Shown in pieces: positions 47,596-56,049 of a DNA stretch of 64,000 bases. A program made the position numbers and the translations under genes. This DNA is from a virus. The notes under the pieces were generated by a model, which was not told the DNA's origin, did no database searches, and saw only the letters and a program-made list of their open reading frames with translations. Each line of letters starts with the position of its first letter. Position 1 is the first letter of the stretch. The DNA lies in the IMG/VR virus record IMGVR_UViG_3300012936_000008, positions 8,574-72,573 of that record; one strand, written 5' to 3'.

Positions 47596-47840
47596 CAGGC
47601 GCAGGGAGTGTAGGAATCAGGGCATTTTGTGAAATTAAAATCGGTGACGGTTGCATCACCTGCGAGGCGCTCATTCACCTCATTTCTGAATGTTTGTGCA
47701 GTAATTACAGACCATGAGTAAATGTTCTTACCATAATCGTTCGGGAAAGTAACACGCTTGATGAAACGTTTGACACCTTCATCAGCGATGAATGCTTCTG
47801 GAAAAAAGTCAACGATGCAGACTGAATTAGTGATTTGCAT
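47592..47840 (-). CDS. Hypothetical early protein (82 aa)
   Basis: MQITNSVCIVDFFPEAFIA...; follows an early promoter. Confidence 0.65.
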   Translation of the reverse strand: MQITNSVCIVDFFPEAFIADEGVKRFIKRVTFPNDYGKNIYSWSVITAQTFRNEVNERLAGDATVTDFNFTKCPDSYTPCAC

Positions 47841-47863
47841 GTGTGAAACTCTTGAACTTTTAT

Positions 47864-47920
47864 ACAATACACGATCTGAGGTGCTGTGCCGTTATCGTGT
47901 GCAACTTAGGCGATTGGCAC
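47864..47920 (-). promoter_or_regulatory. Early promoter with upstream motif
   Basis: GTGCCA-N9-GTTGCAC, then TATTGT 29 nt downstream. Confidence 0.6.
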
Positions 47921-47923
47921 ACC

Positions 47924-48520
47924 TCACCAGATCGGTGGGCATGGTGTAAGGTTGCTCACGTTGATTGTTTGATAGTCTGTCTTGCTATTCTGCTGCTTGA
48001 CGTTATCAATATCAAAATATAGATCAATAGTGTCAACAGTGCCATGGTATTGACGAGAGAGGACATCATCGAGTTTAGTGCGATTCTTTGCACTGATAAC
48101 ATCATCGAAACCAGTCACTTCGCCTGCTGTGTTGAAACGAGGTGCAATGCGAGGGAGAACACTAACGAAGAGAATCTTCTCGATGGTATTACACTTGGGA
48201 GCGTAATACAAACGTGCCGCTTCACCGACTGTGGTATTTGCATAGTTCTTGATATTCTTGTTTACGTTGCTGTTAATTGCTTTGGCAAGAATAGCAACAA
48301 CAAGATCACCATCAGAATTAAATCCTGCGATGTCGATGTCAAATGTGCCACCGAATGCATCCTCTTGAAGTTTATATTCAAACTTCCAATCATACTCAGC
48401 GAGGTCAGGATTAGCATTCAAGACCTCATCAAGCAGCACAGAATGCAGAGCGTCAGTACGCTTGGAGGAGCGAACATTCTGGAAAGATGTTGAGAGGAAA
48501 TCTTCTAAAATCATGGTCAT
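47924..48520 (-). CDS. PD-(D/E)xK restriction-endonuclease-like fold protein (198 aa)
   Basis: FEYKL..D.FGGTFDIDIAG...VVAILAK...N..KN..NY pattern; the second acidic catalytic residue is not evident. Confidence 0.5.
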   Translation of the reverse strand: MTMILEDFLSTSFQNVRSSKRTDALHSVLLDEVLNANPDLAEYDWKFEYKLQEDAFGGTFDIDIAGFNSDGDLVVAILAKAINSNVNKNIKNYANTTVGEAARLYYAPKCNTIEKILFVSVLPRIAPRFNTAGEVTGFDDVISAKNRTKLDDVLSRQYHGTVDTIDLYFDIDNVKQQNSKTDYQTINVSNLTPCPPIW

Positions 48521-48536
48521 TTGTTTCAATAAACAT

Positions 48537-48594
48537 ACAATACAGGACCACGAGGAAAAATCTACCAATCGTGGTCCAGTTCGCGAGGTGTCAC
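48537..48594 (-). promoter_or_regulatory. Early promoter with upstream motif and a 9-bp inverted repeat
   Basis: GTGACA-N9-CTGGACC, then TATTGT 30 nt downstream; GGACCACGA...TCGTGGTCC stem. Confidence 0.6.
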
Positions 48595-49158
48595 ATTCAT
48601 GTTAAAACTTAGCGTTAATCGATTAGTGTCATGTTTCTGCAATCTTACGCCATGACGTACAAACGAAGGGAACACAATTAGATCACCCTCATTAATATCA
48701 GGGTGCAACACTGGTGACTGTCTGAAAATGTGTGTGTAACCTAGAATGGTATGATCTAGATTCATGTTCTCAAAATAGAATTGTCCATCCTTTTCTTTAT
48801 CGAACTGAATGAAGATCACACCAGAGAAGTTAATGAAATCAGGATAGTTTACATGGTTGTGTGGTTCTTGTGCATGACCACTGTTATATAAATTCAACCA
48901 TGAATTAACTATCTCGATGTCACAATTACTAGGGAAATACTGATACAGATAGGGTGCTAGGAGTTGTCCGAGTTCTTCGGGAGCGACAACATCTTTCTCC
49001 TCAAAATAAGTCGTGTGAACACTACAATTCCAACGACCCTCAGCATCAGTAAGGAGATGCCTAGCAGACTCCAAAAGGGATCCGAAGATCTCCTTGTGTT
49101 TGTGAATGTGTGCTTGGTGGTACTTTATCGGAAACAGTGTTCGGGTCATCAGGGACAA
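48562..49158 (-). CDS. 2OG-Fe(II) oxygenase, TIGR02466-like (198 aa)
   Basis: LFPIK, WLNLY..QEPHNH, EGDLIVFPSFVRHGV, RLTLSFN. Confidence 0.85.
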   Translation of the reverse strand: MSLMTRTLFPIKYHQAHIHKHKEIFGSLLESARHLLTDAEGRWNCSVHTTYFEEKDVVAPEELGQLLAPYLYQYFPSNCDIEIVNSWLNLYNSGHAQEPHNHVNYPDFINFSGVIFIQFDKEKDGQFYFENMNLDHTILGYTHIFRQSPVLHPDINEGDLIVFPSFVRHGVRLQKHDTNRLTLSFNMNVTPRELDHDW

Positions 49159-49639
49159 CTAAGATCAATTTTTTAGTGTAGTCATATGCATATGTGGTAC
49201 GATTGCCATGGATACCCCATCCCAACCAGTACCATGCATGATGCATGTAATGCTGGACAGTTTGTCCTCTACCTTTCAACACAAGTTGAAACTCTTGCCA
49301 CTGATTCTCATTCACCATGTAGCGAAGTTGTGTATCAAAGTCACTCGGACTCCCCCCGTATGCGCGGGCAAATTGGGCAAGTCCGTCATATCTGTTCTGC
49401 GAAGTCCATTGAATCAGACCATATCCTCCACGCAAACATGCATCGTAAGGAACGATTGCACCTCCCTCACATATTTGATGTTGGAAGTTGCTCTCTTGTT
49501 TGATGTTACCGAGTACAGTTGCGATGGCATTCTTATCATGAATGCCACGCTCTTGCAGGAAATCAGTAACCCTTACCTCAGCAGGTGTGCATCCAACACA
49601 TTCAATTCTCGGTGCTGGTGGCAGATCGTACATAATCAT
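49061..49639 (-). CDS. Phage tail-lysozyme-family muramidase / putative endolysin (192 aa)
   Basis: AIATVLGNIKQESNF (catalytic Glu), GGYGLIQWT..RY..L, QLRYMVNE, RTTYA. Confidence 0.8.
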   Translation of the reverse strand: MIMYDLPPAPRIECVGCTPAEVRVTDFLQERGIHDKNAIATVLGNIKQESNFQHQICEGGAIVPYDACLRGGYGLIQWTSQNRYDGLAQFARAYGGSPSDFDTQLRYMVNENQWQEFQLVLKGRGQTVQHYMHHAWYWLGWGIHGNRTTYAYDYTKKLILVVPDDPNTVSDKVPPSTHSQTQGDLRIPFGVC

Positions 49640-49667
49640 CTTGGTCAGTTTCGTAGTTCAAAATCTG

Positions 49668-49696
49668 AGTATAATCGTCCAGATTGGATATGTCAA
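49668..49696 (-). promoter_or_regulatory. Near-consensus sigma70 promoter upstream of the lysozyme
   Basis: TTGACA-17-TATACT. Confidence 0.7.
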
Positions 49697-49917
49697 TAGT
49701 ACCTAGGATCGCTAGGTTGGACTCTATCCAACTCGGACAGTTGTGGGGATTTGAGCAACTCATGTCTGTAATCCAGTTCTGAATACAACTGGGTTAGAAG
49801 GTTTTGTAAGTAGTCTGACTTAATGTCCTTACATGTAGTCATTAAGTCTAGTGTCTTGTTCTTTGCATCTTCCAGAACGAAACAGTCCCGAGTGCGAACA
49901 TCGATCCCCGTGGTCAT
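49693..49917 (-). CDS. Hypothetical protein (74 aa)
   Basis: ATGA-coupled to the upstream gene. Confidence 0.6.
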   Translation of the reverse strand: MTTGIDVRTRDCFVLEDAKNKTLDLMTTCKDIKSDYLQNLLTQLYSELDYRHELLKSPQLSELDRVQPSDPRYY

Positions 49918-50114
49918 GCGAATCCTCCTCCTTTGTGTTTAGCGTCAATTACTTCAACATGGTCACAATAGTCAGCATAGTTCCACCACGCTTCAATTAC
50001 TTGCATGTAGTCATCAACAATCTTGACAGATCCATCGACACAAAATATCTTATATCTGTGTCGATTGTATGGATCAGCAGATGTATTAGTGAAGAATTCA
50101 GGCAATCCAGTCAT
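49914..50114 (-). CDS. Hypothetical protein (66 aa)
   Basis: MTGLPEFFTNTSADPYNRHRYKI...KGGGFA; ATGA overlaps. Confidence 0.65.
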   Translation of the reverse strand: MTGLPEFFTNTSADPYNRHRYKIFCVDGSVKIVDDYMQVIEAWWNYADYCDHVEVIDAKHKGGGFA

Positions 50115-50272
50115 CGGAATTCTCGGCACATTTCATCATAACCTGCACCCACGGGCACAGATTTACAGAGTCGTGTCATCTTCCTATCTTGGATGTCTGA
50201 CACTGTACCGATAGCATTGACACCAATGATAGTGCCAACAACTAAAACAATACCGAGGAGAGCGAAACGCAT
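50111..50272 (-). CDS. Small membrane-anchored hypothetical protein (53 aa), not in the ORF track
   Basis: MRFALLGIVLVVGTIIGVNAIGTVSDIQDRKMTRLC...C. Confidence 0.6.
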   Translation of the reverse strand: MRFALLGIVLVVGTIIGVNAIGTVSDIQDRKMTRLCKSVPVGAGYDEMCREFR

Positions 50273-50335
50273 GATCAATAATCTGGTGTGTACTATGCTA
50301 GGTCTTACGCTTAATACTGTGCTGCCTAGTGTTAA

Positions 50336-50524
50336 TTACTTCTGGAACTTACCGTGCTTAAATGTAGCGTACTCAGGGTTGTTGACCCAACGACCCTCAG
50401 CGCAGGACCATACGATAGGCAGCGGTGTGGGTTGTGGAGCGTTGTGAGCAGTCTTGCGGAGCAGTTCACGAGACTCAGCGAACAGTTCGTCGAGAGTGAG
50501 GCGAGCAGGGCGAACACCGTACAT
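50336..50524 (-). CDS. Hypothetical early protein (62 aa)
   Basis: First ORF after the promoter at 50550. Confidence 0.55.
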   Translation of the reverse strand: MYGVRPARLTLDELFAESRELLRKTAHNAPQPTPLPIVWSCAEGRWVNNPEYATFKHGKFQK

Positions 50525-50549
50525 GGTTGGTTCCGTTGATTACTTTGTA

Positions 50550-50607
50550 ATTATAGGGTCTGAGGCGACCCTGACAGTATTTAGTATGCCACTAAGATAT
50601 GTGGACA
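50550..50607 (-). promoter_or_regulatory. Early promoter with upstream motif
   Basis: TGTCCA-N9-GTGGCAT, then TATAAT 30 nt downstream; small GGGTC/GACCC stem in the spacer. Confidence 0.65.
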
Positions 50608-51110
50608 CCCTTGTGTGGACAGATCGCGCCAAGACTGATACGAATGTCATTCGTGGGCGGTTCGCCGTCGTGCTCTAATAGTGAACTAAACACAATGATT
50701 CTACCCTTCTTAAATGCTACTCGTTGCCCATTTGCAAAGGTAGTATCACCGTCCTCACCATATGCATGGTATATGACACTAGTAGCAGGACGATTGAAGT
50801 CTGTATGTGTCTGTGAGGTGTGTCCAGGGTTCTGTGCATTTACTAGCAGTCTATGCACATGTGTGAGTGGTAGATCCTTACAAATATCCTTCATGATACA
50901 TTCATTGAAGTATGCAAAGAACCAATACCATGGTGTCTCATTCGTGAACTCATTATCTCTGATGACAGTGTTACCCCAGAATCTTGCTTTCTTATAGTCA
51001 CCGTATGGTGTGTTGTTATAGAAGAATGGGAAATCTGTTGAGAGATAGTTACCCACATCATCTATAATCCAGTCTGGAAAGTATCCATCAATAATTCTAA
51101 TATCACTCAT
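50592..51110 (-). CDS. 2OG-Fe(II) oxygenase, HxD type (172 aa)
   Basis: IRIIDGYFP, HTD, GDTTF, GRIIVFSSLLEH, RISL. Confidence 0.8.
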   Translation of the reverse strand: MSDIRIIDGYFPDWIIDDVGNYLSTDFPFFYNNTPYGDYKKARFWGNTVIRDNEFTNETPWYWFFAYFNECIMKDICKDLPLTHVHRLLVNAQNPGHTSQTHTDFNRPATSVIYHAYGEDGDTTFANGQRVAFKKGRIIVFSSLLEHDGEPPTNDIRISLGAICPHKGVHIS

Positions 51111-51697
51111 GATAGTATAAAGTTCGCTGAAACGGTTATTCTTGCTTGTGTGGTGTCTGCCTGTGGTGTCACCTGATGATGAGTGTAGGATGGAAATATA
51201 ATTATATCACCTTCCTTCACATCTGGGAACCATGTGTTCGTTGCAGGATAATGTTTAGTAAAGTATCCATGATGCACATCCTGATTAGGATTGTAGAATA
51301 CAAAACTACCATCAGTTTCAGGATTATATTGTAGGAAGTAAGCACAACTAAATGCTGTGTTATCTCCTCCACAATGTGTGTGTACCTCTTGTGATTGCCC
51401 TTGCTTATATACATTTATCCACGCATCGCTCATTTTGATGGTGGTCTTGTCCTTTCCACCCAGTTGGACGTGCATGTCCATGAGATTATCGGAAATATAG
51501 TTGTTGAACATCTGCCATGAAAAATCGTCCCGATTCGTGTCACTTTCAAAGGACGACGAAACAGAACAATTCCATTCGGCAGGTTGTGTGAGTGTTGCTG
51601 TACCTAATTCATACAGCAACATTGCTTTCAGTGACTCATGATTTCTCACTTCCCCATGGTAATACCATTTAGGAAATAGATTTTGTACTTTACCCAT
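51107..51697 (-). CDS. 2OG-Fe(II) oxygenase, TIGR02466-like (196 aa)
   Basis: WINVY..QEVHTH, EGDIIIFPSYTHHQV, RITVSANF. Confidence 0.85.
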   Translation of the reverse strand: MGKVQNLFPKWYYHGEVRNHESLKAMLLYELGTATLTQPAEWNCSVSSSFESDTNRDDFSWQMFNNYISDNLMDMHVQLGGKDKTTIKMSDAWINVYKQGQSQEVHTHCGGDNTAFSCAYFLQYNPETDGSFVFYNPNQDVHHGYFTKHYPATNTWFPDVKEGDIIIFPSYTHHQVTPQADTTQARITVSANFILS

Positions 51698-52953
51698 TAT
51701 GCAACAAGAGAGAGGGGAGGAATGCCTTTGACGAAGATAGCATCAACGACATTTTGCAGACGCTTGACAACATGCTTGCCATAAGTCTTGTGGACAGGGA
51801 CAGTAACGAAACCAGTGGGTTTGTTGTAGAAACCCCACTGACATGCTGTAAGTTCACCAGACTTCAAACGTGCAGCGTCATTCTTATCTAGGCGGATAAC
51901 ACGACCGATAGTCTGTGCCATCTCAACCACGTTAAGGTTACGCAACAAAATGCAGTGAGTGAGACCAGGGACGTTGATACCTTCGCTGAGGATACTGTAA
52001 TGGAAAACAATGAACTTGCGACCATCTTCTTTACCCCATGTTGTAAGAGTATCGAAGAATACTTCACGAGATACTTTCTTACCGTTGATGATAGCACCGA
52101 ACTTAGATGTAACGTGCATGACATCATAACCACGCTCTTTGAGGTCAAGGAGCAGAGTTGTGCGAGATACCATGTTACCCAACACACGAGAAGAGGGAAC
52201 AGCAACCAGAACTTTACTGGCGTGTGTCTCATCAAGGTTGTCAAGAATGTCACGCACAGTGTCAGCATCTACATCGTGGATGTTGTGCTTGGTACGCTCG
52301 TTGTCTGTCTCGAAAGGAACAATCGTGGGACGGAGAATGTGACCCTGCTCAATGAGTTCAGGAGCAGGAACGTTGCAGATAACACTACCATAGATGTCAG
52401 TATTACCCATCGAACGAGAGTGACGACGAGAAATACGAGGGGTGGCAGTAAAGAAGTAGCAACGATCAGCGACCATGGATGTTGCAGCAGTGCCAATGAA
52501 GAAGGACTTGCCAACACTGTTGTGTGCCTCATCAAAGTATGCACAGTCGATAGAAATACCGCTGTCAATGATCTTAGGGAGAGAATGATAGGTGGTGAAG
52601 ATGATGCGATGTGTCACCATAGATGCACACATCTTGTCGAACATTTGAATGCGATCGATCTTAGTTGTGCTGAAATGCTTGGTCTCGCCACTGTGAACGT
52701 GAGCAGGAACAAGGTCAGGACGAACAACACCAGGGAACGACAGGAACTCATCGCAGAGTTGATTAGCGAGGAGAATGCGAGGAGCAACCACAACGAAGGT
52801 CAGAGGGCGCTCAGCAGCGTCCATGAGGCGCTTGGCGTGTTCGATCATGATGATGGTCTTGCCACCACCAGTAGGCACGATAACCTGACCTTTGTCAGCG
52901 TCCTGCATTGCAGCGAGTGCTCGTGCTTGGTGGGGACGGAGAGTGATGGTCAA
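51697..52953 (-). CDS. SF2 DEAH-box helicase, type III Res-like (418 aa)
   Basis: LRPHQ, PTGGGKT (Walker A), FDEAH, FTATP, ILSEGINV, QTIGRVIR. Confidence 0.9.
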   Translation of the reverse strand: MTITLRPHQARALAAMQDADKGQVIVPTGGGKTIIMIEHAKRLMDAAERPLTFVVVAPRILLANQLCDEFLSFPGVVRPDLVPAHVHSGETKHFSTTKIDRIQMFDKMCASMVTHRIIFTTYHSLPKIIDSGISIDCAYFDEAHNSVGKSFFIGTAATSMVADRCYFFTATPRISRRHSRSMGNTDIYGSVICNVPAPELIEQGHILRPTIVPFETDNERTKHNIHDVDADTVRDILDNLDETHASKVLVAVPSSRVLGNMVSRTTLLLDLKERGYDVMHVTSKFGAIINGKKVSREVFFDTLTTWGKEDGRKFIVFHYSILSEGINVPGLTHCILLRNLNVVEMAQTIGRVIRLDKNDAARLKSGELTACQWGFYNKPTGFVTVPVHKTYGKHVVKRLQNVVDAIFVKGIPPLSLVA

Positions 52954-52977
52954 GGCGTGTCTGTGTCGTTACTATAA

Positions 52978-53034
52978 ATTATACAGCAAAAAGGGGTGCT
53001 TAGCACCCCCTTGTGACAGTTATTCAATCGGACA
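52978..53034 (-). promoter_or_regulatory. Early promoter for the helicase, with an embedded intrinsic terminator
   Basis: TGTCCG-N9-CTGTCAC, then TATAAT 29 nt downstream. Confidence 0.65.
52988..53010 (-). terminator. Rho-independent terminator
   Basis: Minus strand GGGGTGC-TAA-GCACCCC followed by TTTTT, just after the last gene of the oxygenase run. Confidence 0.7.
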
Positions 53035-53164
53035 GCGGACTCTCGCGCTTCAAGAGATGATACTCTTTCTTTAACACACTCTCCACATAGTTACTGATTC
53101 GTGTGTCTTCTTCTGTCTCGTAATACTCTTCGATTACGGTTTGTTTGTAGTCATAATAAGTCAT
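53024..53164 (-). CDS. Small hypothetical protein (46 aa), not in the ORF track
   Basis: MTYYDYKQTVIEEYYETEEDTRISNYVESVLKKEYHLLKRESPLSD; ATGA overlap. Confidence 0.5.
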   Translation of the reverse strand: MTYYDYKQTVIEEYYETEEDTRISNYVESVLKKEYHLLKRESPLSD

Positions 53165-53490
53165 CGTTCTGTGATTGATGGTAACATTTCATTGCCTGGG
53201 TGATCATTAGTCTTGCCCCTATATGCTTTGCTATATGCAAAGTGATCACTATCTAACTCTAACTCCTCCCAGTCCCATTCTTGAACAACTAAACAACATT
53301 TGTTCATTGGTCGTTTAGATCCTGGTGGATTAGGTTTCTCGCTAACACACAGCAGCAAATGTGTGTCATCGATGTAATTAATATACCCTTCATGTCCTCT
53401 CCACCTACATCGTGCCCCAACAGATAGGGACTTAACGATATTTCTGATCTCTAATGCTGGTGCTTCTGAGATGAATAAGGGTGTAGTCAT
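53161..53490 (-). CDS. Hypothetical protein, possible SH3-like barrel (109 aa)
   Basis: LSVGARCRWRGHEGYINYID..LLCV; ATGA overlaps. Confidence 0.65.
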   Translation of the reverse strand: MTTPLFISEAPALEIRNIVKSLSVGARCRWRGHEGYINYIDDTHLLLCVSEKPNPPGSKRPMNKCCLVVQEWDWEELELDSDHFAYSKAYRGKTNDHPGNEMLPSITER

Positions 53491-54086
53491 AGTGTTAGGT
53501 GTGAAGTTGCTTGACCGTATTCTCCTCTAATCATGAGATTAAAGGCGAGAGAGTACCTCCTATTTGTATCTTGGTTTGGTTGTACTGAGTGTACCAGATC
53601 TGAGGGGAAGATCACGACCATACCGTCCACTGGTTGAAGTGTCCACCGTGGACTGTTATACACATTAAATGAAACTCTATCAGGATCCAGTGTGTGATAC
53701 TTATGATTTGTGAACACTAGACCACCACACTTAGGATTTGTCTTCAAGTACACAATGCCACTAAACATGCTGTTTCTATGTGCATGTTCATGTGCAGATT
53801 CTAAATGATCATGACAATTAATCCATGAACATGGTATATCAATTATATATTTCTCATCGATACCCATCGTGCCATAGATATACTCTTTGACATGTGGTTC
53901 GATGAAGTCCATGATCTCAGGTAGGTCAGCAATCACATTTTGATTGACTGATTGACTACCTCTCCACTGTTCTTTCTGTTGATACTCTAAATTCTCAACG
54001 TCATCAATGACGTAGGGCAGATTATCACCAACTGCACAATATACAGGTGATGAGAACAAGGGGATAATCTCAGATGAAATTTGCAT
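53487..54086 (-). CDS. 2OG-Fe(II) oxygenase, TIGR02466-like (199 aa)
   Basis: LFSSPV, WIN, HAHRNSMFSGIVY, IFPSDLVHSV, RYSLAFN. Confidence 0.88.
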   Translation of the reverse strand: MQISSEIIPLFSSPVYCAVGDNLPYVIDDVENLEYQQKEQWRGSQSVNQNVIADLPEIMDFIEPHVKEYIYGTMGIDEKYIIDIPCSWINCHDHLESAHEHAHRNSMFSGIVYLKTNPKCGGLVFTNHKYHTLDPDRVSFNVYNSPRWTLQPVDGMVVIFPSDLVHSVQPNQDTNRRYSLAFNLMIRGEYGQATSHLTL

Positions 54087-54561
54087 TAATTAGGATCCTA
54101 TTCTTGTGCTCACTAGGACTGTATCCTGTGTGCATGTGTCGTCCGTTGAATGTTAGGAGTCTGTTCTTCTTTGGTTGCACACGAACGATGTCGTGATCGT
54201 TCTTGTCTCCCAGAATAATAGTGTCGCCATCAGTATCGTTGACATAATAGATACACACCTTATGTGGTTTTTTGGAGTCTACATGAAAATCATGACGAAA
54301 TACATTAGGGTTATACAGTGTCATATCTGCGCGTACACGTAGACATTCTTTGCACTGTATTTCCTCTTGCATCTTTGCTACTAAGTCAGCAAAATCAGGG
54401 TCTCCATCAACTGTCAACCAGTGATTGAAACCATGTGCTTCTAACTTATCAGATCCATTCGTCAACGTATGTTGATAGAACCAAGGAAACTCCCACCCCA
54501 TGAGTATATCGTGGAGGTGAGAGTGATAGTCAGAATCGAGGAAATCATCGATGATCCTCAT
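54070..54561 (-). CDS. 2OG-Fe(II) oxygenase, HxD type (163 aa)
   Basis: MRIIDDFL, FPWFY, HVD, IYYVNDTDGDT, PKKNRLLTFNG..HTG, RILINANF. Confidence 0.85.
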   Translation of the reverse strand: MRIIDDFLDSDYHSHLHDILMGWEFPWFYQHTLTNGSDKLEAHGFNHWLTVDGDPDFADLVAKMQEEIQCKECLRVRADMTLYNPNVFRHDFHVDSKKPHKVCIYYVNDTDGDTIILGDKNDHDIVRVQPKKNRLLTFNGRHMHTGYSPSEHKNRILINANFI

Positions 54562-54739
54562 GTCTGAGATGCAGGGCGGTCGCAATTTCATTAATCAGAT
54601 TTTTCTTTTCAATGGGTACTTCGCCTATCTTATGATAGTATTCCTTTTGTAAGGAAAACAGTGCATGACGCAGAAGAGTTTTCTGCTCTTCGTTAAGCAT
54701 TTGAGATTTAAGGAACATGGTCATGGGTGCGGAGACCAC
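54545..54739 (-). CDS. Small hypothetical protein
   Basis: MLNEEQKTLLRHALFSLQKEYY...; start codon uncertain. Confidence 0.5.
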   Translation of the reverse strand: MVSAPMTMFLKSQMLNEEQKTLLRHALFSLQKEYYHKIGEVPIEKKNLINEIATALHLRHEDHR

Positions 54740-54800
54740 TACTATTTAACTGTTTACCCTCAGATGATAGCAACTGTATCATCTACTGCAATACCCCTTG

Positions 54801-55361
54801 TCAGGATTCGGTGACTCGTGGTTTGAAGTTGATATTCAGTGCAAGGCGGTATCCCTCACTTGGTGATGATGAAGCATGTAATTGCTTACCATCGAACACA
54901 ACCATTTTACCACGTTCAGGTGCAACACGCAACTGACATGCATGTTGAAATATACTCATCTCATCAGTGAAGAAGAATGTATCTCCATCACTGTTGTTAA
55001 TATAATATAGTGCAGTAGTATGATCCTCCTCAAAGTCTACATGTGGGCAATGATGTTTTAATCGGTCAGGAAGAAGGCAACCAAGGCGCACCCGATACAC
55101 ATCATTAAAATCTTGATTAGCACCATCAGCAATAATCCTCAAAGCAGACTCTAATAAGTCATAGTATTGTGATACAGGTTGATAGTCCATCATCACAACA
55201 TGTGAGAATGAACTATTATTGAATTTACCCTCGTAGGGTGAGTATCCATCAGCAAATGTGGTCTCTTTAACTAGATACCATGGGAACTGTTGTTGTGTCA
55301 CCAGTTCCTCAATCTGATCCTGAATAATCTCAGGCAGAGGATAACTAGAACTCAATAACAT
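54801..55361 (-). CDS. 2OG-Fe(II) oxygenase, HxD type (about 186 aa)
   Basis: FPWY, PHVD, LYYINNSDGDTFF, PERGKMVVFDG..HASS, RLALNIN. Confidence 0.85.
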   Translation of the reverse strand: MLLSSSYPLPEIIQDQIEELVTQQQFPWYLVKETTFADGYSPYEGKFNNSSFSHVVMMDYQPVSQYYDLLESALRIIADGANQDFNDVYRVRLGCLLPDRLKHHCPHVDFEEDHTTALYYINNSDGDTFFFTDEMSIFQHACQLRVAPERGKMVVFDGKQLHASSSPSEGYRLALNINFKPRVTES

Positions 55362-56049
55362 ATTGTTTTCTGTCGCTGGGTACATCTCGTGGATACATGC
55401 AAGGGATAGACATTGACAATCGTTTACCACCAGGGAACGGTTTGTGATACGTTCTAGCAGGAATATACATCACATCACCAGGTGACAGAGTGACATCTAG
55501 GGCAATAGTGAGTTCTTGTCCTGCTTTATTAGGTAGGTATGGATTATCAGTCATCTCAATGAGAGCAGAACATCTCTCTTCGTAGACATTCCAGTGTGTC
55601 TCACCATCAATCTGACATATAAAATTGGGAGGTAGATCCCAATGGGCACCAAATGATTTACTGCCCTCTTTGGCACTGCCAAATATGTGTGCATCACAGT
55701 TACAATCATACAGTGATTCGATATTCTCTAAGAGATTATCTACTGCTGGATTGTAATGACCATACTGTTCAATGATGAACGTGTGTCCTTCATTGATTGC
55801 TTGAAATAGTTCATGCTTATGGGGCACACCTGTCTCATACCATACTTCAAACTTCTCAGGTAACAACAATCGACGACCCTCTAAGTTGAGGACCTGAGTA
55901 CGATAATACCATGGATTGTTGAAGCAGTGAGTAACATTATCCCAATCTACATATTGCTTAGGATTAGTTAATGCTTCCCTCCATACCATTGGTTTGTCAC
56001 CACACTGGAAGAGATCAGGATTAAGGAATGGAAGTATAAGTTTCTGCAT
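55345..56049 (-). CDS. JmjC/Cupin_4 (ROX-like) 2OG oxygenase (about 234 aa)
   Basis: SFGAHWD..NFICQIDGETHWNVY, LSPGDVMYIPARTYH, RLSMS. Confidence 0.85.
   Translation of the reverse strand: MQKLILPFLNPDLFQCGDKPMVWREALTNPKQYVDWDNVTHCFNNPWYYRTQVLNLEGRRLLLPEKFEVWYETGVPHKHELFQAINEGHTFIIEQYGHYNPAVDNLLENIESLYDCNCDAHIFGSAKEGSKSFGAHWDLPPNFICQIDGETHWNVYEERCSALIEMTDNPYLPNKAGQELTIALDVTLSPGDVMYIPARTYHKPFPGGKRLSMSIPCMYPRDVPSDRKQYVIEF

Noticed and set aside
47924-52953. Helicase plus nuclease-like gene as a type III R-M system
   Set aside because: No methyltransferase nearby, the genes are under separate promoters, and the helicase lacks a nuclease domain.
51955-52977. 340-aa plus-strand ORF
   Set aside because: Antisense shadow of the helicase; no recognisable protein features or RBS.
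44546-53034. Dispersed repeats as a CRISPR array, or NtcA/CRP boxes
   Set aside because: Copies are degenerate, irregularly spaced and promoter-linked; half-sites and spacing do not fit GTA-N8-TAC or TGTGA-N6-TCACA.
54760-54790. AGATGATA/TATCATCT inverted repeat as a terminator
   Set aside because: AT-rich stem with no following U-tract; function cannot be supported.
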